IMG/VR virus record: IMGVR_UViG_3300030330_004454
Length of the DNA stretch: 20,000 nt
Reading direction: 5' to 3' (one strand)
DNA from: an uncultured virus (IMG/VR IMGVR_UViG_3300030330_004454)
Lineage: Duplodnaviria; Heunggongvirae; Uroviricota; Caudoviricetes
In this document: positions 1-7,649 of the stretch, one piece after another
Layout of the letters: every line of letters starts with the position of its first letter
How positions within the stretch are numbered: position 1 is the first letter of the stretch
Notes under the pieces: generated by a model
What the model was told of the DNA's origin: nothing
What the model saw: only the letters and a program-made list of their open reading frames with translations
The model's database searches: none
Position numbers and translations under genes: made by a program

Positions 1-3000
1 TTTCTAATCGACTCAGTAAACTCTTCAATAGCATTTGTGTTTTCTTTAAGAGCGGTTTCCTGAGTAGATATTTTATTTGATAAAACTGTATTAGCAGCAG
101 CTTGTTTTTCAGAATTTTTTATTAAATTCTTTTTAGATTCTTCTCTTTCTCTTTTTGAAGATTCAAATTGCTTGTCGGCATTGTCTTTCAATGCTTTAGC
201 CGCTGCTTCTGTAGCAGAAGCTCCCCGATTTTGAACATCTACTAACTCTCTAACATTGTTTCTAAGGTTTACTATTTCTGTTGTATTCTCTGTCATAATT
301 TGAGCCATTGACTGACTCAAAAGCCCACCGGCAACACCCGTCTGAGCCGCAGTTCTTCTTTGGTCCACATCTGTTATGGTCTTGAGAGCCTCTCCTAATG
401 CTCTTGGACTGAAGTTTCCAGCAGCAGCAGCGTTTCCAGAAATCAAAGCTCTTCTAGCAGCAGCGGCCTCTTGTTGTCTCAAGAAGTCCTCAATATTACC
501 AGAAAGCAAACTATCTATAGCCTGCTGATCTAGCTTTAACTTATCTCTAGCAACTTTAAGGGCTTCTTTCTCTATGGCGATTCTATCATTAATAGAACTA
601 TTTAGTCTATCAATATTAGCTCTCTCTTTATCTATCTCATTTATAATCTGTTGTCTTGCTTTTGCGTCGTCTGCATCAGAAAGGGCTTTTGTTTGTTCTT
701 CAAGATTGGAGCCAGCGGTAGATAATGCGGCAGATAAGCTTTCTGCACTTGCAGATACTTTTTCTCCCAGATTGATTTGTAACTTCTTATTTAGAAGTTC
801 TAACCTTTGACTAATAGTAAATGTTTTTACACCAAACTCTTCTAATAGTTCAGCGCCTCTTATTTCTGAGTCAACACTTGCTAATCTTACATTTAATAAA
901 TCTTTCTCTGTTTTAGCAACTTCTTTTAATATTTTAGCTTGAGCTTCAAAAGCTGTTTCTAGTTGTCTAACAACTTCTAAGTCTACAGTAGCCCCTTTAG
1001 CCAACCTTTGAATCAACTCTTTTGATATTTCAGATATATCTTTACCAACTTCGCCTAATCCTAAACCTTCAAATATTTTATCGTCGTCAAGTAAATTTCT
1101 AAATGTATTAGTATCAACACTGTTCTTCAGTTCAGATTGCAATGCCTTGAGGAAGGCGGTGGGGTTGCCTGAAAAACTTTCGTTTGTTCTAACTTTATTT
1201 AAAGCATTACCAAAATCATTAGTTATATTATTCAGGTCTCTAAACTGATCTTGAACACCTCTAATAATACGTCTATCAACACCGGCATCGCTCAGTGTTT
1301 TGCCTAAACCGATTAGATTATTTCTAAATTCTCTTTGGTCAAGCGCAGCACCTTTTGTGACGGCTTCTAGTTGATTCAAAGTAGAAGATAATTGATTAAA
1401 CTCGCCTCTTGCTTTTGCTACAGAATCGGCCAGTCCAACATTCAAACCTTTTAAAGTGCTGTCTAGAGTGAATAAAGAACTATTAAGAGCTTTGGCTATC
1501 TTTAAATTAGATATTATTTCTTTTTGTTGATTTAAAAAAGCATTTCCTAGTTCTTCTGCTTTTTTTGCACTTAGGGTAAGTTCTAGATTAGCTCCATCTA
1601 AACCGCTTTTTATTCTATCTATAGACTCATCAAAAGTTCCACCACTAAGAATAATTTGCCTATTGTTTATTTTTGTTGATTCTGAAAGCGCATCTAAAGC
1701 TTTGGATGTGTTATCAAACGTTGCCTGTCTTTCTTTTTCTCTTTTTGCTGATGCTACTTCTTCTAGTTCTGCATCTGTACTGCCAAGTCCAAGATTTCTT
1801 GCTATAAAGTCTCTAATGCCGCCCGCAAATCTATTTAACTCATTATTATAATTTGCTTGTGCTGCTTGTAATTCTGCTGCACCCTGATTTAAAGTATTAC
1901 GTAGGTTTGCAGTTAACTCGCCGGATGCAAATGCGTCTGCGGCACTTTTTGTTCCAGCTTTTAATTCTCTGAGCGCTTGATCTGCTGCTTTACTATTTTT
2001 TTCAAAATCCCTTGCTGTTCTTCCAGCAAGAGCCTGCGCCTTAGCGTTGGCTTTTATTGACTCAAGACTGTTTCCACCAAATGCGCTAGCAAGATTGACA
2101 TAAGCTTCGGCTGCCCCTTCTCCAAACAAAGATATAAAAGCGGGAGCTTCTTTTAATACGGCTAACTCTTTAGCTCTTTCTACGTTTCCGAGTTTAACGG
2201 CATTATTGAATTTTTCTTGTAAACCTAAGCCTGCGCCAATAACTTTATTCAGAGCAAATAAACCACCGGCAGCTATTCCAACAGGTCCAGCGAATCTAGC
2301 TACAGCGCCGAAAGCTTTTACAGCACCTCCAGCCGCTCTACCAATACCACCCGCTAATCTACCACCTCCCAATCTGCCACGCACTGCTCTAGACGCTCTT
2401 GCGGGGGCCGACCTTCTGCTCCTCCTCGCCTCTCTAGCGTCCATGAATTCATCAAAATCTGCATTTGACAAATTTCCAGATTGAAAACCTCTGCTTAATT
2501 GACCAAATCTTTTGTTAGACCTCGCCTTGCCTCCGGTAAAGAGTTTGCCTAAACCTTTAAGGTTAATTCCAAAGCTAGACATAGCAACGCCCGCAATGCC
2601 AACTTGAGTTACAAGCGAGGTAAGAGAATCTCTAAAGTCAATGGATGTAGTACCAAGTTCTGATATTGCTTCGTCCGTTTTTTCTACGGTTGGAATCATA
2701 GAGTCTATAACAGTAGGAAGCAAGAATGCAAGCGCTGTAGGATCAACACGTCCACCGTTAGCAAACTTTTGAACACTACCCACTGGTCCACCGGCAGCAA
2801 ATCCTTGAACACCCTTGCTATTCATGCGGCTAAGATTACCGTATCCGATACTCTGTGCAGCAGATTTATTGAAAACAAACTCGCCGGGAGTTAGAAGTGC
2901 AGGCACTGTGTCTGATCCAGAAATAGATCCACCAGAAGCTTTTTTTGTCCTATTGGCGGCAAGCTGATCTCCAGCAGCCAACTTTTCTCTACGTTCTTGA

Positions 3001-5279
3001 ACGCTGGCAATTTTAGATGGACCTTGTTCAAGTAATGACTTAGCCAGTTGTCCAGTTATATTTTCTAATATTAAGTTTCCACCCTTTTTAGTCAAGCTAG
3101 CAAGCGCCTCTGTGCTAAATGTTCTTTTTGCGTCAGTGACTAGATCTGGACCAAGACCACTAAAAGCTTTTGAAGCAGATCCTAATCCTCCACGAAAATC
3201 AAATACATCATTAGGATTTATTTTTTGATTATCAAAAGGTTTATCTGAAAGACCATTAATAAACGATTCAAATATACCGCCTTCTATTTGTTCACGGTTT
3301 GATGTTTGGAAAGCTTTTCTGAATTTAGAGCCACTAAATTTAATACCCGGAATATTTTGTTTAGTAAAACCTTTAGAGAATTTACTTAGGGATGTTTGTA
3401 TGCCAGACCTAAATCTACTTGAAACATCTTGAGATAAAGATCCAGATTTTATACTCATAGGTATGCTAAATTGACCGCCTCTGGTTCTGGCAGCATTTAA
3501 AAAAGCTTTAGCTTCGTCTTGACTAGAAGCGCCCGCCAGCTTTTTTGCTTCCGCCAAAATTGCAGTGCCTTGAATCTCAGACCTTAAACTTTGAATAACA
3601 CCTTCTGGCTGCAAGAATGCTCCACCGATATCCAATTCTGTATCGCCATCTTTGTCTCCAGCTTTTCTAAGAAGAGCCTTTTTAAACTTTCCCAACTTGG
3701 AAGGAGCTAAAGTTATTTCTTCTCCACCGCGAAGTTTACCTAAATCAGTTCTATCTGGTTTGACTTTGCCAGCGTCGGCATACCTGTTGTTATTCATTCT
3801 AGCAAGAGTATCAGCACCTAAGCTTTTAACACTACTCTTACGAATGACAAATTCTCCGGGAGTAAGCATCGCCGGAACAGTATCTCTATTTCCAGTTCCG
3901 GGAACTATACCTCCTCTAGCAAGCCCAATAGGACCGCCTGCGTTTCTTCCAATCGCGCCACGCAAACCTCCAGCAAAACTACCGATACCTTTAGCTATTT
4001 TGATACCGGCAAAAGCACCAAGAAGTGGCACTATAGGTTTTAGAGCATCAGCAACTTTAATTAAAGCATCAGCCAAACCAAGCGTTGTTTTTACTAGAAC
4101 TTGGAAACTAGTGGTTTCGCTCAAGCTACGAATCAGCGCTAAAAAGTTTTCTCTAGTCTTTTGTATTTGAACGGCCAACGCCTCTTGCGCTGTTTGGGCA
4201 TCTCTATCCAGAGAAGTAGAGCCAGCAACGGCAGCGGCTCTTGCTCGTTCTGCGGTCTCAAACTGTTGAATAAGCGGAATAACTTTGCCAATCTGACGGA
4301 ATCCACCAAGTTCTTCTGCAATTTGAACAAACCTAATATCGCCTTCTTCAAGCCCTTGAAGCGATTGGCTCAACTGGCGTACAGCATCAAACGGACCTAC
4401 AAACTTACCTTCTAAATTAGTAAGTTCAACACCGTATTGTTTTAAGAACTCAATAGTCTTGGGTCTTTGAATACGTGTAAAGATAGTTCTAAGACCTGTA
4501 GCAATACTTTCTGCACTTTCTCGCGTTGTAGCACGTACACTTGTGAACAAAGCAAGAAGTTCATTTAGATCACCACCAGCAGATTTAAACACACCACCAG
4601 TACGGCGAACAGCAGAAATCAAGTCTCCAGACTCAACCGCAAATTGACCAGCAACAGCATTGATAGAACCAAGCTGACCTTCAAGCGCACCCACACCACG
4701 ACCAAACTGAGCAAGAATAGCAACAGCACCTTCTGCCGTTTTCTCTATACTCTCAAACGTAGGAGCAAGAGTTGTCTTTGCTAAAGCAGAAAGTGCAACC
4801 TCTAGCTGTGCAGCCTGAAGACCCGTCTGAGCTAGAATTCTGGACGTTGCTAAAAGATCTTTACTGGACGTACCTAAACCTGTAGAAAGATCAGTGATAG
4901 TACTAGTAAGATTAGACAGAGCTTGGGTTGTAGCCCCAGAAACCTGCTTAATCTTAATCAGTTCTCTTTGGAAATCAATGGAGTCTTCAACCGCACTAGA
5001 AAGTTTGTTAGCAAACAGACTAACAGCCCTATTAGCAATACTAAACGCAGCAAACCTCTTGATAGAAACACCGAAGTTCTTACCAAGGTTTTTAGCGCCT
5101 TTATTCAGATTATTTACTTGTTGATTTACTTGAGCTATTTGCCTTGTGGCCTGCCTGCCTCCTTGTACATTCAGATTTACATTGACACCGTTAAGCTGTC
5201 TTTGAATCTGATTAACAACTTGGCTTACATTTCTAGGCGCTTGTAGCTGTAATTGTGCAGTTAAAACAAAACGTGACAT
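1..5279 (-). CDS. Tail tape measure protein, TP901/PhageMin_Tail-like, more than 1759 aa; 3' end lies beyond the window
   Basis: Not in the ORF track. Manual translation from ATG 5279 (AGAGAG upstream) gives MSRFVLTAQLQLQAPRNVSQVVNQIQRQL... and a TP901-like core (FQRELIKIKQVSG...LGSINAVAGQFAVESGDL...RESAESIATGLRTIFTRIQR...IAEELGGFRQIGKVIPL). The same frame is still open at the left edge (...ETALKENTNAIEEFTESIR). It lies downstream of the tail tube and chaperone genes. Confidence 0.93.
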   Translation of the reverse strand, partial: MSRFVLTAQLQLQAPRNVSQVVNQIQRQLNGVNVNLNVQGGRQATRQIAQVNQQVNNLNKGAKNLGKNFGVSIKRFAAFSIANRAVSLFANKLSSAVEDSIDFQRELIKIKQVSGATTQALSNLTSTITDLSTGLGTSSKDLLATSRILAQTGLQAAQLEVALSALAKTTLAPTFESIEKTAEGAVAILAQFGRGVGALEGQLGSINAVAGQFAVESGDLISAVRRTGGVFKSAGGDLNELLALFTSVRATTRESAESIATGLRTIFTRIQRPKTIEFLKQYGVELTNLEGKFVGPFDAVRQLSQSLQGLEEGDIRFVQIAEELGGFRQIGKVIPLIQQFETAERARAAAVAGSTSLDRDAQTAQEALAVQIQKTRENFLALIRSLSETTSFQVLVKTTLGLADALIKVADALKPIVPLLGAFAGIKIAKGIGSFAGGLRGAIGRNAGGPIGLARGGIVPGTGNRDTVPAMLTPGEFVIRKSSVKSLGADTLARMNNNRYADAGKVKPDRTDLGKLRGGEEITLAPSKLGKFKKALLRKAGDKDGDTELDIGGAFLQPEGVIQSLRSEIQGTAILAEAKKLAGASSQDEAKAFLNAARTRGGQFSIPMSIKSGSLSQDVSSRFRSGIQTSLSKFSKGFTKQNIPGIKFSGSKFRKAFQTSNREQIEGGIFESFINGLSDKPFDNQKINPNDVFDFRGGLGSASKAFSGLGPDLVTDAKRTFSTEALASLTKKGGNLILENITGQLAKSLLEQGPSKIASVQERREKLAAGDQLAANRTKKASGGSISGSDTVPALLTPGEFVFNKSAAQSIGYGNLSRMNSKGVQGFAAGGPVGSVQKFANGGRVDPTALAFLLPTVIDSMIPTVEKTDEAISELGTTSIDFRDSLTSLVTQVGIAGVAMSSFGINLKGLGKLFTGGKARSNKRFGQLSRGFQSGNLSNADFDEFMDAREARRSRRSAPARASRAVRGRLGGGRLAGGIGRAAGGAVKAFGAVARFAGPVGIAAGGLFALNKVIGAGLGLQEKFNNAVKLGNVERAKELAVLKEAPAFISLFGEGAAEAYVNLASAFGGNSLESIKANAKAQALAGRTARDFEKNSKAADQALRELKAGTKSAADAFASGELTANLRNTLNQGAAELQAAQANYNNELNRFAGGIRDFIARNLGLGSTDAELEEVASAKREKERQATFDNTSKALDALSESTKINNRQIILSGGTFDESIDRIKSGLDGANLELTLSAKKAEELGNAFLNQQKEIISNLKIAKALNSSLFTLDSTLKGLNVGLADSVAKARGEFNQLSSTLNQLEAVTKGAALDQREFRNNLIGLGKTLSDAGVDRRIIRGVQDQFRDLNNITNDFGNALNKVRTNESFSGNPTAFLKALQSELKNSVDTNTFRNLLDDDKIFEGLGLGEVGKDISEISKELIQRLAKGATVDLEVVRQLETAFEAQAKILKEVAKTEKDLLNVRLASVDSEIRGAELLEEFGVKTFTISQRLELLNKKLQINLGEKVSASAESLSAALSTAGSNLEEQTKALSDADDAKARQQIINEIDKERANIDRLNSSINDRIAIEKEALKVARDKLKLDQQAIDSLLSGNIEDFLRQQEAAAARRALISGNAAAAGNFSPRALGEALKTITDVDQRRTAAQTGVAGGLLSQSMAQIMTENTTEIVNLRNNVRELVDVQNRGASATEAAAKALKDNADKQFESSKREREESKKNLIKNSEKQAAANTVLSNKISTQETALKENTNAIEEFTESIR

Positions 5280-5318
5280 ATCGTCTCTCTGTTAGTGGCT
5301 TTATTTCACTCTACCCAA

Positions 5319-6140
5319 TTAACTTTCCGTGGTTTTTACTGTTCTTCTCTTTCTCTTCGTGGCTACCGTGTAATCAGCTTTAATTACGTAGTTGCCGTTA
5401 TCGTCCAAAAGATTTCCTTCTATATCAACCCTTTCTCCTTTAGCGTTGATGTAATGACCTAAATCATTAATTTTTCTACCTTCTAAGTCTACTAACTCTT
5501 CCTTGTCATTAACAAGACTACCTTCATCATTGACTAAATTAAAGTGTTTTAACCACTGATTTTCTGGCAATGAGTTTTCGTCGTCTGGATTATAACTATA
5601 CATCATTTCTGCCAAAGCTCCAGCAAGAGCGAATGAAACTTCGTCAGATGCTTTTTCGTTATATTCAGCTATATCTTTATACACTTTTTGTCCATTTTCA
5701 TAGAAACTACAAGCAGATACCAAATAATCAAACCTAGCGTTGTCAGCAATGGTTTCTGCCGTATTTTGCTCAAAGTTATTTTTCTCTATAAGCAATTGTC
5801 TTAGTTTATTCCTAAGAACTCTCATCTGAATAGCTATTTTTTTACCATTATCAATAGGAATCTTCTTTTTCCCATCGCCAAGATAAAGCTGTTTTTCTAG
5901 CTTTGCTAAGTTTTCGACTATCTCTATTTCTTCCTTTTGCTGCTCATCACCCCAAATGCCTCTTTTCTTCATTACTACGGCGAGTTCTTCTTTTGTTTTT
6001 ATGTCTTCATCTAAGCACTCATTCCATATTTTAGCCCTGTATATATCGGCTTTTCTAATAGCCTGAGCGCTTGGTCTGCTAACATATGCTTTGACTGTAG
6101 AGCCGTCTTCTTTCTTGATTTCTACGACTTTATTACTCAT
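5319..6140 (-). CDS. Putative tail assembly chaperone, 273 aa; paralogue of 6513-7553
   Basis: Charged helical protein immediately upstream of the TMP. AAGGAAGG RBS; start overlaps the end of the upstream gene. Function inferred from position. Confidence 0.6.
   Translation of the reverse strand: MSNKVVEIKKEDGSTVKAYVSRPSAQAIRKADIYRAKIWNECLDEDIKTKEELAVVMKKRGIWGDEQQKEEIEIVENLAKLEKQLYLGDGKKKIPIDNGKKIAIQMRVLRNKLRQLLIEKNNFEQNTAETIADNARFDYLVSACSFYENGQKVYKDIAEYNEKASDEVSFALAGALAEMMYSYNPDDENSLPENQWLKHFNLVNDEGSLVNDKEELVDLEGRKINDLGHYINAKGERVDIEGNLLDDNGNYVIKADYTVATKRKRRTVKTTES
5385..5537 (-). repeat. About seven 7-aa repeats [LVI]-[ND]-x-x-G-x-x at the C-terminus of the 273-aa protein
   Basis: LVNDEGSLVNDKEELVDLEGRKINDLGHYINAKGERVDIEGNLLDDNGNYV. 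Confidence 0.75.
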
Positions 6141-6510
6141 TGTTTCCTTCCTTTCTTATTTCTCTAACGGGAATGTTATTTTGATATTTTAACCAAGATA
6201 CATTGTATTGACTTAACTCAGCGTCGATATTCCTAGCTTGAGTATTTCCTTTATTTAAAACTTCTTCTCTTACCTTTTGGTAAATTTCATACATTGTTTT
6301 CTTTTCTGGCGTTACATGTTCTCCTTTTTCAACTTCCCATAAAAATCCAAAGTGTGATTCAATAGAGCTTAAAGCCCCTATCATCGTAGTCTCTACTTTC
6401 TTTTTTAGTATTTTAGAAAGCCTATCTTTAGACTCCGACACATATTTTTCTTCTTTTATCTTTTTGTACTCTGCGTGTTTTCTAATTAAATTAGCATACT
6501 CATTGTCCAT
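6133..6510 (-). CDS. Hypothetical protein, 125 aa, in the tail chaperone region
   Basis: AGGAGG RBS 5 nt before the ATG; tightly packed with neighbours; charged helical sequence. Confidence 0.75.
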   Translation of the reverse strand: MDNEYANLIRKHAEYKKIKEEKYVSESKDRLSKILKKKVETTMIGALSSIESHFGFLWEVEKGEHVTPEKKTMYEIYQKVREEVLNKGNTQARNIDAELSQYNVSWLKYQNNIPVREIRKEGNNE

Positions 6511-6512
6511 CT

Positions 6513-7553
6513 TTACCTCCTAAATTTGTCCTTAAACTTTTCGTGTTGCATATTTCCAATTTCCATTCTCTCGTCTTGAAGTTGCCCCGGAGCAACAGCA
6601 CCCTGTTGTTTTATTTGACTTAATCTTTTCTTCTTCATCATTTTTGCATGAGGATTATTTAACTCATTTATTTTTTGTGCGTCTTGTTTGTCATCTGCCA
6701 TCAGGAAAACTTCTGAAGAATTTGCTATTTTGGTGTTGGTGAGCTTATCGTCTAGTTCAGATTGCATTGCTTGATCCTTTTTTTGTTGAGCTTGAAGCGC
6801 AAACCATCCGTCCAAAAGATCGTCATCGTCTATGACTTCTTCTGACGGCGATTCACTAGATTCGTATACGTTGTCATACATTCTAGACCAAACAAGTAGG
6901 CTTTTTTGATCTGGAGAAAGTTGCCTGTCGCCATTCTGAAAAAGGTCATAAGAATTAGAATCTTTTAGAACCCAAAAAGATCTCCAAGGTTCATTTCTTG
7001 CTAGTTGCCGTATTTCATTTTCTGGTAAAATAAGCGTATAATATTTACGAGAAATATCTTCTAATCTAAGATCATCAAAATCACAAATGTTATTATTTTC
7101 AAATGAGCATCTTTTAAAGAACTCTGAGACCTTCGCTAAGTTGGCGATACCTTCACACGAATTAGAAAAATATTTTGATTTCTTTTCTATGGCTTCTGAT
7201 AGCTGTTTTTCTCCTGCTCTTATGCCTTTTCTTATCTGCTCCCTAATTTTGCTTCTGTGTCTATTATTGTAAATTTCTTTTTTCAATTTTTCAATGTCTT
7301 TTTTTAAACCTTCTTCTCTTTGATCATCCTCATATGTCCATAACTCTTTGGACCTCATCCAGTCTATAATTTCATCTTCCGTTTTTAAACCTTCGTCTAA
7401 GCATTTATCATACTCTTCTTTAAATTTTTCATTTATAAAATAGTCGTCTTCCAAGGTGGGCGGTTTTACACAAATGTTTTTTCCTTCTGATTGTATGTAA
7501 TATACGCCCGATCTTATCCTAGATATAAAATACTCCCGCTCATGTTGTTTCAT
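6513..7553 (-). CDS. Putative tail assembly chaperone, long form, about 346 aa
   Basis: Directly after the major tail gene. I prefer ATG 7553 (GAGG-TTTTTT-ATG) over the track's 7565. The N-terminal half aligns with the 273-aa protein; the C-terminal half is distinct and acidic (YDNVYESSESPSEEVIDDDDLLDGW). Confidence 0.6.
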   Translation of the reverse strand: MKQHEREYFISRIRSGVYYIQSEGKNICVKPPTLEDDYFINEKFKEEYDKCLDEGLKTEDEIIDWMRSKELWTYEDDQREEGLKKDIEKLKKEIYNNRHRSKIREQIRKGIRAGEKQLSEAIEKKSKYFSNSCEGIANLAKVSEFFKRCSFENNNICDFDDLRLEDISRKYYTLILPENEIRQLARNEPWRSFWVLKDSNSYDLFQNGDRQLSPDQKSLLVWSRMYDNVYESSESPSEEVIDDDDLLDGWFALQAQQKKDQAMQSELDDKLTNTKIANSSEVFLMADDKQDAQKINELNNPHAKMMKKKRLSQIKQQGAVAPGQLQDERMEIGNMQHEKFKDKFRR

Positions 7554-7576
7554 AAAAAACCTCATGGCGGGAGCAT
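7530..7576 (-). promoter_or_regulatory. Hairpin enclosing the RBS and start codon of the long chaperone gene; possible translational repressor or attenuator
   Basis: mRNA 5'-AUGCUCCCGC-CAUG[AGGUUUUUUAUGAAACAA]CAUG-A-GCGGGAGUAU-3'. This is a ~14-bp stem with one bulge and one G-U pair, plus possible inner GUUU/AAAC pairing, followed by a U-rich tract. Confidence 0.6.
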
Positions 7577-7649
7577 GTATACATTTTATTATCCTTTCCT
7601 AGTCCACATCACTTGCTGTCCTGTAAAGCTATCGCTTTGTGGTTAATTA

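Noticed and set aside
574..5246. Plus-strand ORFs (78, 62, 92, 172, 84, 76, 107 aa) and the 70-aa minus ORF at 4139-4351
   Set aside because: All lie within the TMP gene as antisense or alternate-frame shadows, with no convincing RBS or protein-like motifs.
6521..6527. AAATTTA heptamer at the end of the long chaperone gene as a -1 slippery site
   Set aside because: It is phased AAA TTT A rather than X XXY YYZ, and the next gene has its own AGGAGG RBS and ATG.
7625..7638. Small hairpin AAAGC-GAUA-GCUUU just after the tube gene stop
   Set aside because: Only a 5-bp AU-rich stem with no U-tract; too weak to call a terminator.
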